This document shows, piece after piece, positions 50,565 through 64,000 of a stretch of DNA of 64,000 nt. Every line of letters starts with the position of its first letter. Position 1 is the first letter of the stretch. The stretch is from sequence record OR842557; one strand, 5' to 3'. Both the position numbers and the translations under genes were made by a program. The notes beneath the pieces are model-generated. The model did not search any database. It saw only the letters and a list, made by a program, of their open reading frames with translations, and was not told where the DNA came from. The stretch comes from Escherichia phage 04086.

Positions 50565-52941
50565 TTATACTAAAGGTCCAATCAATTCATCAAAATCAGC
50601 ACCAGTGCTCGTTGCAACGAAGTTCAACGTGATGTAGTTAATAGAACGAGAAGGTTTAACATAGATATTAGCAATAAACTCATTACGGTCGATAACCGCA
50701 GGGGTGTTCACTGTAGTATCACAAACCACACGTCCTTCATAAATCCCACCAAGTGCCTTAATACCATCTAAGTACTGAGAAACTTCCATACGGAAGCTTG
50801 AACGAGTGAAGTTATCGTTCAATTCAAACAGTTTGTATTTAGAGGCATCACCGATATTTTTCTTAAGCATGTTGAACAGACGGCGAACGTTAATATGGTC
50901 CATCGGAGATGGAACTTTAGTTGCAGTCTTATCACCAAACAATACGAAACCATCGCCACCAGCAAAACCAACAACCGGGTTAATAGCTTCTTGGTACATG
51001 CGGTCACGTTGAGCTTGGCGTGGTTCAATTGCCAATTTCAGAACGTTAAGAATCTGACCACGGTTATAACCAGCCGGAGACATCCAAGGCTGAGAAACAT
51101 CATCTGTACGCGCACACAAACCAGCCATATCAGCGGCCAGAGGCACCCAACGGTTTACGTCATTATATTTGTCATACTGATATTTATAGTTACCATCAAT
51201 AGCAGCATAAGTGGTGCTAATGTTCATGTTGTTGGTATCGAAAGTACCTGCACCTGTACGCCAGTCAATAAGGTTATCTACTGCACGAGTCAATGGAACG
51301 TTAACCAACAGTCCTTTAGGAGGAGAAATAAAGGCTAAGCAATCTTGACGTTCATCAGCAATGCTCACCACGTGTTTCTGAACGGTAGAAGCAACTTCAT
51401 CGCCTTCACCAGCAACAGCACCAGCAATCAAAAGGTTAATATGGAGTGCTTCACGGTCGGCAAACAAATCCCAACCCTGCATCAAATCACTTGCAGTAAC
51501 CTGATCGTTAGCAGATACACCACCCATTAGATTAATGATACCACTGAAGCCTTTAGGCCAGTTCAAAGAGGTAGCAAAAATATAGTTAGAAGTACCTTTA
51601 GCGAAATAGTCGTCAAGATAAATGTTATTACCGTAAACGTCTTTTTCACCTTCTTTGGTAGAAAGTACGACAGATTCTACGATAGCGCCGTCACGACGAA
51701 CAATAATCGCGTATTGGTCATCTGTTTGTGGGCCGTAATTAAATACCGCCTTGGCAATAGAAGCACGGGTACCACCGCCAGGATAAATATCCAGCATTTT
51801 AGAAGAACCAACATCATAAGCTGCTTTGGAAACGATTTCTACTTCTAAGGTGGAACCAATTTCGCCTGGATAAAGAGCAACTACGCCTGGCATAGCAAAT
51901 TTCTTAAGAGATGCTTGGAATTCCAGGGAAGTAATAGCTTCTTCACTGTTCTCTGCTTCAGTTAAAAGAATACCTGAATCCGTAACAATTTTACCTACGG
52001 TAATAGTACCGGAAACACCAGAAGAAGCGGAAGTAACTTCAGCCGTCCAAGCCGGGCCCAGGGTAGGANCACGCCAGGCATACCAAACTGTTTAAGAGAC
52101 GCTTGGAATTCTAGGGAAGTAATAGCTTCTTCACTGTTCTCTGCTTCGGTCAAAAGAATACCGGAATCGGTTACGATTTTACCAACGGTAATAGTACCAG
52201 AAACACCTGAAGAGGCAGAAGTTACTTCAGCAGTCCATGCCGGGCCGAGGTTCGGATACTGGTTTAAAGAACGTGCATAAGCAATAATTTTTGCTGATGG
52301 GATAAACACGGAAAGAATTTTACCATCCGTATCTACAGAAGTCACACGNCTTCAGTTAAAAGAATACCTGAATCCGTAACAATTTTACCTACGGTAATAG
52401 TACCGGAAACACCAGAAGAAGCGGAAGTAACTTCAGCCGTCCAAGCCGGGCCCAGGGTAGGATACTGGTTTAAAGAACGTGCATAAGCAATAATTTTTGC
52501 TGATGGGATAAACACGGAAAGAATTTTACCATCCGTATCTACAGAAGTCACACGACCTTCAGATTCAACAACAGTTTGGTTGTGCTTGATATTAATTTTA
52601 TCGCCTACTGCATAGTTAGAACCAGCCGTAGTAATAGTGGTTTCGATATTGCCTGCAACAGGAGATGCGTTTTTAGCGAATTCACGGTTAACAACACGAA
52701 CAGTACGAAGGTCGTTACCATATTGGAGGAAGTTCATACCAGACATAAAATAATCTGCCACTTCGTTGTTAGGACCTCCAAACAAATCCACCAGTTCAAC
52801 TTCGTTAGTAATTTGAGTTACCTGGAAAGCAGGGCCCCACTGGAATTTACCAACCAGCGCTGCACGACCCGTTGCGTTACGAACGACAGTACTCTGTACG
52901 GACGTTTCTTTGAGCTCAATGCCCGGTGATAATAAAGACAT
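50565..52941 (-). CDS. 18: Tail sheath protein Gp18; frame broken by overlapping duplicated fragments (n at 52069 and 52349)
   Basis: Three ORF pieces (50565..51893, 51995..52345, 52342..52941) share repeated VTSVDTDGKILSVFIPSAKIIAYARSLNQYP.LGPAWTAEVTSASSGVSGTITVGKIVTDSGILLTE; about 660 aa after removing about 398 nt of duplicate. Confidence 0.9.
51885..52560. repeat. Overlapping duplicated fragments inside gene 18 joined at n 52069 and n 52349
   Basis: Segment after first n restarts about 184 nt upstream; segment after second n restarts again, as if overlapping reads were concatenated. Confidence 0.9.
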
Positions 52942-52968
52942 TTTGAATCCTCTTGGTTATGCTTTATT

Positions 52969-52973
52969 GTTAT

Positions 52974-52976
<3 letters not shown>
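52969..52976 (-). promoter_or_regulatory. Late promoter TATAAATA (minus strand) upstream of gene 18
   Basis: tatttata on + strand between gene 17 stop and gene 18 start. Confidence 0.6.
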
Positions 52977-55280
<2,304 letters not shown>

Positions 55281-55284
<4 letters not shown>

Positions 55285-56147
55285 GGGTTTCTCCTTGGTG
55301 CTGGAGGCGCTGGCTCGACAGGCACTGGAATATCTTGTGAATATGTTTGAACGGAACTTCCATCCCATTCTTTTTCTTCTATACCTCTAGGAACCACTTC
55401 GCTATCAACCGATTCGAAATTACCTTCAGGAGCGAGTTCCTTTGAGTTAGCAAAGAAATCAAGATAAATGGTTTTAATTTCGCCTTCCATTTCTTTAACT
55501 GGAGGATATAACCACCCGTTAACCTCAAACATCATAGACCATTCTAAGCGACGACGCGAAGTGGTATCACCTTCTAATTGTTCGTCCATTGCAATAGACT
55601 GGAACACAATACGAATATCACGGTCAAATTTAATCTCGTTTGTATAGAGTTCGGTAATTGTAGTATTAAAATGAGGTTGGAAATAAGGCATAATCTGTTC
55701 CACAATTTGGAACATATCATCTTGGGTTCTAGTGTAAATACCCAGTTCGAAAATCATTTTTACTGGAGTAGGAGAATATTGGCTAACTCGTTTTCTCGGG
55801 TCACCATTCTCAAATTGAATTTGTGTTCTGTTCTGAAGAGCCGTTTTGTATTGTGAGTTATAAAGCATATCAACCATTTGAAGGTTCATACGTGGAAGAA
55901 CTGTTTCCACTTTAGCTTTTTGTTCAGCTCGTTCTTTAGGAGACATATTAGGGTTTGGAATATTCTGTACTGCCGTCCATTTACCCAAATTTGCCATAAA
56001 TCTTTCTTTAGAAGCATACGTAATAGGAACTTTAATAAATTTAAGCCCCGTATCTTCTCTTTGACGTGCTACTTGAACATGGGAAAATAAATCACCCATC
56101 AAAACAATATAGCGACGTAGCGAACTATTATACCAATGTCCAAACAT
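55281..56147 (-). CDS. 15: Tail sheath stabilizer / tail completion protein Gp15
   Basis: 288 aa from [22 protein letters not shown]; matches T4 gp15. Confidence 0.85.
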
Positions 56148-56185
56148 CAAACCTCCTAAATGGCGCACCATGCGCCATGTATTAT

Positions 56186-56959
56186 TTAATCATCTAAAAA
56201 AGCATCATCAAATGCTGTAGGAGGAGCATCCTCTCCTCGTCCATTAATTACAACATAAGGATGTACGAATTCAGCCGCTTCAGCATTAATCTCATTGACC
56301 TCTTCGTATTGAATGTCAGAGATATCAGCCAACCCGTCGATATTCTTAACAGGCATTAAATCAAGCTCACTAAATTCAGGAATATTAATACCTTCATTTC
56401 TCTGTAATTCAGGACGAAGTTCTTCACCATTATAAATGAACTTGGTAGCAGTGATTCGACGCTGGACGTTAGCTCCTACTTGATAGAATGGGTCGTAAGG
56501 TTGAACCCAGTTAATTTCGAATAGGCTGTTGTCCATTGGGAAATAAATCAAGTCGCCTGAAACAGGTTCAGTGCCATTGCATTGATGTTTAAAAAGGTTA
56601 GGGTTAATTGTGATTGTTACTTCATCATTAACCATCATACCGAACTTACTGAAATAAGTATTGTCACCGGAATAACCTTCAAAGGAATCCAAATAACCTG
56701 CAAATTTCCAGGCTTTAGTAAATTTGTTCTGAAGGTCTTCGCCAAATAGCTGGTCTGGTTTAACGTATTCACGTGGTATATAATAAAGCTCAATACCACG
56801 CATTTGAATAGACTCAGCAACTAAAGCATCAGCCAATGTTTGGGTATTCTCATGCTTGTAGAAGTTGACGAACGGGTTCATTATTTCAGTTTCGTTCGTA
56901 TTAGCATAGCCAGTATTATCTTCTAGCTTGGCGAATAAACTCGAATCGAAAGTAGCCAT
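56186..56959 (-). CDS. 14: Neck protein Gp14
   Basis: 257 aa (T4 gp14 about 256); synteny. Confidence 0.8.
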   Translation of the reverse strand: MATFDSSLFAKLEDNTGYANTNETEIMNPFVNFYKHENTQTLADALVAESIQMRGIELYYIPREYVKPDQLFGEDLQNKFTKAWKFAGYLDSFEGYSGDNTYFSKFGMMVNDEVTITINPNLFKHQCNGTEPVSGDLIYFPMDNSLFEINWVQPYDPFYQVGANVQRRITATKFIYNGEELRPELQRNEGINIPEFSELDLMPVKNIDGLADISDIQYEEVNEINAEAAEFVHPYVVINGRGEDAPPTAFDDAFLDD

Positions 56960-56961
56960 AA

Positions 56962-57894
56962 TTATCCAATTAAAATAGGTGTTGGTGGGTCGAGCAAATC
57001 CAATTCTTCGCGAAGTCGTTCTTTTTCTAAACGAGCTTCTTCAATCAATCGAATGCCATCTACAGTGGTTCCACCCGCAAGTTGCATGCCTTGATGTTTG
57101 GCCAAAATATTACCATTGACTTCTTTAACCAATGCAGTAGCATAATCTTTAACCCAACGGTTATTATATGCACCATCTTGAAGCCCAAGGTCCTCACCCA
57201 CACGCATACCAGAAATACGACGCGCAGGGTTATCCCAAATAGCACCAGGACTCCATGCATCTTCACCACAAGCTGAAGCATAACCATATCCTACAGTATT
57301 TCCTACCATAGAATCGACCCCATTAAAAGAGCGAGTATAAACTTCAATTACAATAAAATCGCCTTTAACAAAGTTACCCATTACCTTCAACTGTTCAGTG
57401 GCATCGTTATACCAATAATCAGGTAGTGGAACCAAAAGGTCCTGCATCATAGAACGATATTGCATTAGTTGGGTAAAATAACCAAGGTCGGCGCCGAAGG
57501 CATTAGGTCCAAAACTGTTACATGAAGACCCTAACCCACCGTTAATACCTGCTAAGCCTAATACAAAATCAGTAAACCATGGATAAGTTGCTTGCCCGTC
57601 CATAGAAGTCAAAGAACCTACATTGGTTCTCAAAATTTGTGTCACCGCAAATATATTACGTCCTTTAAGGTCAAATACACCATTACGGAATTTTTCTTCA
57701 TCGTCATGACCTATATAAAAAGCCTGATAACCTTTGTTATACCCGTTATAATGATACTCACCATAGAGCTCTAGGGCTCGCTGGATGCAATCGTATACTT
57801 GGTCTGTAGTTACTTCAATATTTGTAATCGGCGCACCCAGGCGGCGCAGAATAGCGTCCTTGAGTTGCTTAGGGTTAAATGATTCACTTGCCAT
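56962..57894 (-). CDS. 13: Neck protein Gp13
   Basis: 310 aa (T4 gp13 about 309); synteny. Confidence 0.8.
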   Translation of the reverse strand: MASESFNPKQLKDAILRRLGAPITNIEVTTDQVYDCIQRALELYGEYHYNGYNKGYQAFYIGHDDEEKFRNGVFDLKGRNIFAVTQILRTNVGSLTSMDGQATYPWFTDFVLGLAGINGGLGSSCNSFGPNAFGADLGYFTQLMQYRSMMQDLLVPLPDYWYNDATEQLKVMGNFVKGDFIVIEVYTRSFNGVDSMVGNTVGYGYASACGEDAWSPGAIWDNPARRISGMRVGEDLGLQDGAYNNRWVKDYATALVKEVNGNILAKHQGMQLAGGTTVDGIRLIEEARLEKERLREELDLLDPPTPILIG

Positions 57895-57915
57895 GTTTTA
57901 TTCCTCTAATAACCG

Positions 57916-57923
57916 TATTTATA
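57916..57923 (-). promoter_or_regulatory. Late promoter TATAAATA (minus strand) upstream of gene 13
   Basis: tatttata on + strand 22 nt upstream of gene 13 ATG. Confidence 0.55.
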
Positions 57924-57926
57924 GCA

Positions 57927-57946
57927 AAAAAGGGCCGAAGCCCTTT
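57927..57946 (-). terminator. Terminator hairpin (AAAAGGGC-UUCG-GCCCUUUU on minus strand) after wac
   Basis: 8-bp stem with UUCG loop and flanking U tract between wac stop and gene 13 promoter. Confidence 0.65.
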
Positions 57947-57948
57947 TA

Positions 57949-59493
57949 TTATGGCGCCGGGTTTAAAGTCACAAAATCCGACAATAGAACCCATGCATTA
58001 TCAACCAGAACATACGGAAGTCCGTCAGCCGCAGGAGCAACAGGAGGGCGTTTAGCCAACTCGGTTTCTAGCGCAGTGATTTTACCTTCAGCCTCCAATA
58101 AAGAAGCTTTGACTGTATCAATTTCTGTAGTGCCAAGGATTTCAGCCCAAGCCGCATCTTTACGTCCGTATAATTTACCATCAGCAGGAGCATCACCCAA
58201 TTTAGTAGGCATTTGAGCTTCAAGGCCTTTAACAGAGTTTATTAACCCTCGTTCTTCTACAGTGCCACCGTTAGGGTTTGTTCCTTCAATTTGGTTGGTA
58301 ATTTTAAGAATAGAACCTTTAATACCCGTTTGGTTATTACCAATTTCAGCCTGTAAATCCTGAATGGTTGAGGCTGAAGTATTACCTTGAGTCGTAAGGT
58401 CATTCAAACGTTTATTAATTGTTCCTGCAGCCGGACTTACATCAGCACCAATTTTACGGTCTATATCGGAAACCTGGAAACGAAGCCCTTCAGACGAACT
58501 AGCACCTACTATAGTTTTTAGTTCATTAACATCGGTACGTAAGCCACCTAATCTACCATTAATAGAAGTAGGGGTGCCTGCCTCGCCGATAGCGGTTTCC
58601 ACTGCAGTAACTCTAGGGGTCAAACCGTTATTAACAGTGTTTTCTAAAGTGGAAGTTTTAGTTTCCAGCGTGGTTACTCTTGTATCAATAGGGCCTTTAT
58701 TAAAACCTATACTGGTTTTGATAGAATCTATTGATTCGTTAAAGCTTACAGCAGCAGTTTCAAGAGTGGAAATCCTGGTATACGCCGGTTGTTTACCTAT
58801 GGTATCGATATGAGGGCCGAGTTCTTCACGAATTTCGTTAATCTTAAGCCCAAGTTGCCCTACATCAGAATCTTCGTAATTCTTTTCAAGGGTATCTATA
58901 CGTTGTGAATGGTCGACAATAACACTGGTATTATCCATAATGCGACGTTTCATGCCGGTGGCTTCAGAAGTTTCACCTGGAGGAAGCGGTTGGCTGTTTA
59001 TATCCTGGTTCGCATAATGACCAATTTCAGATTTAAGAAGATTTATATTTTCTCTGACGGTTAGATAAGTCCCGTCTAAAGCCGGGTCATAATAACCTAC
59101 ATCTTCTTCTAAAAAATTAAAATTAACGGTTAAGTCACCTAATTCTTGTTTAGTTTCGGAAGCCTTTTCATCCACAGCCAGTATATCGACACGGTTCTTT
59201 TCAATTTGCTGAATAACCGCCGTATCAGTAGAAATATCTAGGGCTTCATTAATCAAATTAACGTTATCCACAAGCTCGTTAATTTTGTCTTTAGAAGCTA
59301 TACTGTTTTCTTCTAATCTAACTACGTTGGTTTGTACTCCTAAAGCAGGGGCATTCAAATTACCGTCGTGACCGTATTTAGTCGTGGCTCCTTCAATACA
59401 TTCTCCATTGCGTATCCAACGGATACGCTCTTGGGATGCATCGGGTACACCATCGACAAACGGAAGTTCTTTAATACTCAGTTTGTCAATCAT
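57949..59493 (-). CDS. wac: Fibritin (whisker antigen control) Wac
   Basis: 514 aa; N-terminus IKELPFVDGVPDA, segmented coiled coil, TVEERGL.NS and C-terminal foldon-like DGLPYVLVDNAWVLLSDFV as in T4 fibritin. Confidence 0.8.
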   Translation of the reverse strand: MIDKLSIKELPFVDGVPDASQERIRWIRNGECIEGATTKYGHDGNLNAPALGVQTNVVRLEENSIASKDKINELVDNVNLINEALDISTDTAVIQQIEKNRVDILAVDEKASETKQELGDLTVNFNFLEEDVGYYDPALDGTYLTVRENINLLKSEIGHYANQDINSQPLPPGETSEATGMKRRIMDNTSVIVDHSQRIDTLEKNYEDSDVGQLGLKINEIREELGPHIDTIGKQPAYTRISTLETAAVSFNESIDSIKTSIGFNKGPIDTRVTTLETKTSTLENTVNNGLTPRVTAVETAIGEAGTPTSINGRLGGLRTDVNELKTIVGASSSEGLRFQVSDIDRKIGADVSPAAGTINKRLNDLTTQGNTSASTIQDLQAEIGNNQTGIKGSILKITNQIEGTNPNGGTVEERGLINSVKGLEAQMPTKLGDAPADGKLYGRKDAAWAEILGTTEIDTVKASLLEAEGKITALETELAKRPPVAPAADGLPYVLVDNAWVLLSDFVTLNPAP

Positions 59494-59502
59494 TTTATTT
59501 CC

Positions 59503-61035
59503 TTAAGCAACTTTAATAATGAATAGGATGGACATAGTCCAAGGACGGTTTTCGTTACCAACCAACCCTTCGCTGTTTAGAGTAGTTCTTGAATCTCGTG
59601 AACCTGAACCGTCAATTTCATATCCTTCGTTTGTAAAGTAAGAACGGTTATCCCAGTCCAGCCCTTTACGAGTACCTGCAAAGTTGGAACGAACGGTATT
59701 ACCAAATGCACCTGCGTTGTCGTGTTCGCCAAAACCACCAGCGTGTTTATGGAAACGAAGCTGCTGGGCTTGTACAGTGCCATGGCCATATGAGCCGCAA
59801 CCCACGCCTAATTTAGGTTTACCTTTGGCATCATTACCTTTGGCATCTCTAATTCTAACGTTGGCATCCCATTCTCTTAATCCACCGTCGTTAGTCTGGT
59901 TTGCACCTCTAGGATATAATCCACGGAAATCAGGACGAGCGCCAGTTGAACCCCATTTACTACCAACTACATTTCGGAATCCTTGTTCACCAGAGTTACC
60001 ACCATCACAAACAGCCCAACCTGCAGGGATATTATTAATCTGGCCTCCCCACATAACAATAGTACCGATAGGGACAGAATCTTTTAATTGGTCGATAGTA
60101 ACAACATCACGCCCATTGCGACGTAAAGTACCGTTAACGTTTAAAGTACCATTAATGGTGCCGCCTGTGGTAGAAATAACGTTAGCATTATATGCCAATG
60201 CAGTATTCCCATCACCAGAACCAACCGTAGTCGATAATTTAACAACACCCAACCTTCCAGTAGTACCAGTACGAGAAAGAAGAGTTGAAGGAGATAAAGC
60301 TATATTAGAATCACTGCCAGCAGAAGCTTCTTGCGGGGTGGCCAATCTAATAATACCTGCTCGTCCTTGGGTAGAAGTTAAAGATTTTAGCCCAGAAGGA
60401 GAAATTGCCACACCATTAGTCAATGTACCATTTGCCACTTCAGCATTTGTTGCAATTCTAACAATACCTTCAGTAGTTTGAGTAGCACTTGAATAAGTTG
60501 GTAATGCCGATGTAGCAGCGCCAATTGCCTGGGCGGTTTTCAGAGGTGTCATTGCCGTTGTATCATCTGTACCTGCTAGAGCAGCCGGCAGGGTTGAAAT
60601 CTTGAGTACGCCTGTAGTGTTCTCTGTGGCTAAACGATTGGTGAATGTATAATCTATAGTAGCTTTCAAAGACGATGCTACGATTGCAGCCTGGGTTTCT
60701 GTTCCGGCAATGGCTTCACCATTAGTGGCATAACGGGTGATACCTACATAAGTTTCTGTTGCTTGAGTAGGAATATCTAAACGGCCTTTTAAAGTGGCCG
60801 GAGTTACTGCAGAGAAAGTATCGGTGCCATCAATAACTTCTTGTTGGGTCGCTAATCTAATAATACCCTGTTCTGTTTCAGAAGCTGAAGGTATATTACC
60901 TGTAACACCTATAGCGGAAATAGACGCCAATGCATCCTGGACATTAGTAATAGAGGGGTCAAAATTCGACCCAGTAGGGTCGAATGTTTTAAATTCTGAT
61001 TTATCACTTATGTGTTTTAGTGTATTTGTAGACAT
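59503..61035 (-). CDS. 12: Short tail fiber protein Gp12
   Basis: 510 aa; collinear with T4 gp12 (GIIRLATQQEVIDGTD...AVTPATL; C-terminal GVGCGSYGHGTVQAQQLRFHKHAGGFGE...DWDNRSYFTNEGYEID). Confidence 0.85.
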   Translation of the reverse strand: MSTNTLKHISDKSEFKTFDPTGSNFDPSITNVQDALASISAIGVTGNIPSASETEQGIIRLATQQEVIDGTDTFSAVTPATLKGRLDIPTQATETYVGITRYATNGEAIAGTETQAAIVASSLKATIDYTFTNRLATENTTGVLKISTLPAALAGTDDTTAMTPLKTAQAIGAATSALPTYSSATQTTEGIVRIATNAEVANGTLTNGVAISPSGLKSLTSTQGRAGIIRLATPQEASAGSDSNIALSPSTLLSRTGTTGRLGVVKLSTTVGSGDGNTALAYNANVISTTGGTINGTLNVNGTLRRNGRDVVTIDQLKDSVPIGTIVMWGGQINNIPAGWAVCDGGNSGEQGFRNVVGSKWGSTGARPDFRGLYPRGANQTNDGGLREWDANVRIRDAKGNDAKGKPKLGVGCGSYGHGTVQAQQLRFHKHAGGFGEHDNAGAFGNTVRSNFAGTRKGLDWDNRSYFTNEGYEIDGSGSRDSRTTLNSEGLVGNENRPWTMSILFIIKVA

Positions 61036-61700
61036 TAACTTACTCGCTTATAGTGATATAAGGTTGTTGTTCCATTTACGGTTCCACCTGTCATAGATTC
61101 TGTAGTAGAACCTAAATATTCCCAGTATCCATAACCTGCACGAGGCTGTTGAACTATAGTCTGAGAAATGGTGCATCCTGCTTGTTTAAATGGCTCAAAA
61201 ATATGGTTTTGGTAGTCGTTATATTTAATGTTTAAAGTAGACTGGTCTAGAGGGTCGATAGACGTTTCTGCCAAAATATAACTATCGGCAATAGCGCTTA
61301 TAAAAGCATCGTTAACTTTAGAAGCAACCAGGACCGAAGAATCACCCACAATAACTTCAACAGGCAAACCGAATACCTTAATAATAACCGTATCGCCTAA
61401 TTCGCCGCCAGAAGAAATGGAGCCGGAGAAAGTTAATTTATCTGATTGTTGAATAAAGCCAGGTGCCCTGTTTTCAGTAGTAGTTACCACTGCATTGACA
61501 GGAAGTTCTGCACGGAAAGCAATATCATCAATAGCACTTTGGACCGTAGGGTAATAAACACCTTTTTGGGTTTGGTTTGCCGATGGACCACCAATAGGGC
61601 GTTGACCTGCCACTGCGGCAGGCTGATTAGTTGTAAAAGAAAATTCTAAAAAGTCGGCAAGGCGGGATTTTAACCCGCTTTTCATTTCTGTTAAAGTCAT
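61035..61700 (-). CDS. 11: Baseplate wedge / short tail fiber attachment protein Gp11
   Basis: 221 aa (T4 gp11 219); synteny between 12 and 10. Confidence 0.8.
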   Translation of the reverse strand: MTLTEMKSGLKSRLADFLEFSFTTNQPAAVAGQRPIGGPSANQTQKGVYYPTVQSAIDDIAFRAELPVNAVVTTTENRAPGFIQQSDKLTFSGSISSGGELGDTVIIKVFGLPVEVIVGDSSVLVASKVNDAFISAIADSYILAETSIDPLDQSTLNIKYNDYQNHIFEPFKQAGCTISQTIVQQPRAGYGYWEYLGSTTESMTGGTVNGTTTLYHYKRVS

Positions 61701-63511
61701 TACGCAATCCTCACCCAGCGATAAACGGTTGTATATGGAGGCAAAGTGCCAATAGGAATAGGCGTTGTAGATTGCTGTTTGTTTATCGTAGCTTTATCTT
61801 CACGATATTTTGTATAAGCCGGGCCTTGGGCATCCGGGTCTACCAAACATCCGCCAATAACAATAGGGCCGTTATCATCGGCAACTAATACCTTGTCGTC
61901 TGTATTAAGTTCAGGAACGTTTTCATATTTAATGGAAATATTATGAGAACCACCCGTACCACCTGCAGTAGATTTAGGAGCACCACCAGAATCTAAATCA
62001 TTATTGTTTGCATTGAACAACGAGTCAGCATCCGGAGACCAACCTACAAGGAAACTATCAGACAGACGTTTCCAACTACCCATACCCATATAAGTTGCAG
62101 GGTTATTAGGGTTCACGGTGTTCTCATAAATCGTTCCAATAGGGTGGAACAAATCAAACATCACTGCTGCCGTATTAATAGAAACTTCAGATTCTGCTAC
62201 AGGTTCAAAGTTAGGAGAAAATGGATTATCCACATCAGTAATACGAACCTGACCGGTTAAAGATACTGAAGGACCTTGAGAAATATAGATATCATTTGTG
62301 GTATCTAAAATCTCATCAATAGTCATAGTGGTACCAATATCATTGTTATACCAAATTACAGTAAGGATATCACCATGTTCCAGTTTACGTCCAAATTCAA
62401 ATGACTCGATTTTATCGTCATCTGCAATATTCAAAATATAATCGGATTTAGATTGGGTCCATACACCACCTGAATCTGCACAAAGGCCTGCATCATCCGT
62501 ATCAACACCTTCACAATAGAAAGCAGGGAATCCGGCAGTACCAGCTTGATGCAATAAAGTACTATTAAGCATTACCTGACAAGCATTAGGGTTAATAGGG
62601 CTTGTAGGAGAAACATTTAATTCTGCTGATGTAATAGTCTGTACGGTAGAAAGGTCTAATACTACTTTAGAACCGTTAACTGTGGTTTCATGGGTAAGGG
62701 TCGTATCTAAAATAGTAATATCGCGACGATTATAAGAACTGCGCCATTGAGCCAATCCATCGTTATACGATTTAATAATTACCGTATCGCCAGCTTCACA
62801 AGGATATTTCAAACGGATATCTTTACCGTTCAATTCAACCAATTCGCCTGGGTTTGCACCTGGGCTACCAAACTCAGAAGTGGCTTCATCAAATATATCA
62901 TCCACACCGTAGAACAAGTTGTTACCACGTTGGATAACGCTAAGACTTGAAATATTATAGGTTAGACCTGGGAAAATATCCAAGAAATCGGTTTGACCTT
63001 CGGTGGCAATAAACTGTTTAGTTGCTACAGTAGCGAGGTCGTTATTTGGAATACGGTTAACTTGTTTGTTCTCAACATATTCCCAACGTCCTGGGGCACA
63101 GTAAACAAGTTCAAGGTCAGCAAAATTACGAGCTATTTCAACCTGTACAGCGGAACCTTTAATTGTATCGCCTGGGGCCGGTATAATAGTCACAGGGTTA
63201 GCTTGCCAAGAGGAATAAACGTCACGTAAACGAATTACAAAGTTATATTCTGATGGGGTGCCTTTAGGAAGTTGAACGTTAATCCTTCCACCTTGAGTAT
63301 TCAATGTATAGCTATGACCCATAACAGCATTAAGTAAAGGACCATCTGCAGTAGAATATTGTTTCCAGGCACCAGCAGCGTGTGGATTATCTCCATCACC
63401 TAATTGATAATATAACTCATTAAAGTTATTATTGATTTTTAGACCACCTGCTCGCAGGTAATCTCCGGAGCCATCGTCAACGGCCTGGCCGATTTTTAAT
63501 TCTTGTTTCAT
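61700..63511 (-). CDS. 10: Baseplate wedge protein Gp10
   Basis: 603 aa (T4 gp10 602); synteny. Confidence 0.8.
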   Translation of the reverse strand: MKQELKIGQAVDDGSGDYLRAGGLKINNNFNELYYQLGDGDNPHAAGAWKQYSTADGPLLNAVMGHSYTLNTQGGRINVQLPKGTPSEYNFVIRLRDVYSSWQANPVTIIPAPGDTIKGSAVQVEIARNFADLELVYCAPGRWEYVENKQVNRIPNNDLATVATKQFIATEGQTDFLDIFPGLTYNISSLSVIQRGNNLFYGVDDIFDEATSEFGSPGANPGELVELNGKDIRLKYPCEAGDTVIIKSYNDGLAQWRSSYNRRDITILDTTLTHETTVNGSKVVLDLSTVQTITSAELNVSPTSPINPNACQVMLNSTLLHQAGTAGFPAFYCEGVDTDDAGLCADSGGVWTQSKSDYILNIADDDKIESFEFGRKLEHGDILTVIWYNNDIGTTMTIDEILDTTNDIYISQGPSVSLTGQVRITDVDNPFSPNFEPVAESEVSINTAAVMFDLFHPIGTIYENTVNPNNPATYMGMGSWKRLSDSFLVGWSPDADSLFNANNNDLDSGGAPKSTAGGTGGSHNISIKYENVPELNTDDKVLVADDNGPIVIGGCLVDPDAQGPAYTKYREDKATINKQQSTTPIPIGTLPPYTTVYRWVRIA

Positions 63512-64000
63512 TATACTGGGACTCCAATAGTTTGGGTATCTACGACTTTAATTGCTAATCTCATAGGGGTTTCAGATGATGCCGTAGCCACTATATAGTT
63601 GGATGTATCAAATTTAAAATCGAGATTGTAAATTTCGTCTTCATCAGTGGCTTGTCCACGACGGATAACAGCATATTCCGTGGAATATATTTTTTTAGCT
63701 TGGTTATCCATAAACAAAAGATATTCAGAAGCTTTATAAACAGTCTCATTGGCATTTACTGCCGTAACCAAAAGCTTAACTAAAGAATATTGACCTGAAT
63801 AAACCACCTGGACATCTCTAGGTACGTTGGAAATATTATATGTTCTATTTAATGGTACTCGTTTGTCACCAAACATGCTCTCAATAGAATAATCCCATAC
63901 AGCTACACCGTTTATATCGCTTACACACCATAAAAGAACTCGAGTATAAGGAGTTACTATTCTTAAGGCTGATGTAGGATGGTTCAAAAACGAATCCAAT
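63511..64000 (-). CDS. 9: Baseplate wedge protein Gp9 (partial; N-terminus beyond window end)
   Basis: C-terminal 162 aa match T4 gp9 (..LLWCVSDINGVAVWDYSIESMFG..., ..SEYAVIRRGQATDEDEI...). Confidence 0.8.
   Translation of the reverse strand, partial: LDSFLNHPTSALRIVTPYTRVLLWCVSDINGVAVWDYSIESMFGDKRVPLNRTYNISNVPRDVQVVYSGQYSLVKLLVTAVNANETVYKASEYLLFMDNQAKKIYSTEYAVIRRGQATDEDEIYNLDFKFDTSNYIVATASSETPMRLAIKVVDTQTIGVPV

Noticed and set aside
52576-52929. 117-aa + strand ORF inside gene 18
   Set aside because: Antisense to tail sheath gene N-terminus.
59684-60481. 265-aa Pro-rich ORF on the + strand inside gene 12
   Set aside because: Antisense to a strongly supported short tail fiber gene; composition-driven open frame.

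Overview
This window is a contiguous segment of a T4-like (Tevenvirinae) myovirus genome, collinear with the phage T4 map from frd to gene 9. Order on the + strand: frd, td, nrdA, nrdB, denA, a GIY-YIG endonuclease, rnlA, alc-like, spanin pair, pseT, a block of small early ORFs, cd, 31, rIII, a 30.x-like block of small ORFs, DNA ligase (30), three tandem alt-like genes. Then 54-48-29-28-27-51 on the - strand, 26-25-uvsY on +, uvsW on -, inh-like/hoc/rnlB on +, and the late structural block 24, 23, 22, 21, 68, 67, 20, 19, 18, 17, 16, 15, 14, 13, wac, 12, 11, 10, 9 (partial) on -, with a segD-like endonuclease on + between 24 and 23. Calls rest on my recollection of T4 protein sequences and on synteny; no search was run. 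I found no rRNA, tRNA, CRISPR array or cellular gene. The sequence contains at least 10 internal duplications joined by 'n' characters that break td, nrdA, alc-like, o-spanin, cd, alt-3, 29, 27, the uvsW/inh junction and 18; these look like stitched overlapping fragments, not biology. I do not see evidence for a wholly new multi-gene system. The most interesting candidates are the three tandem Alt-like ADP-ribosyltransferase paralogs, a NADAR-like protein and HAD-like hydrolase in the 30.x block, a tandem pair of 70-aa paralogs, and repeated early promoter/stem-loop/RBS cassettes flanking small accessory ORFs.
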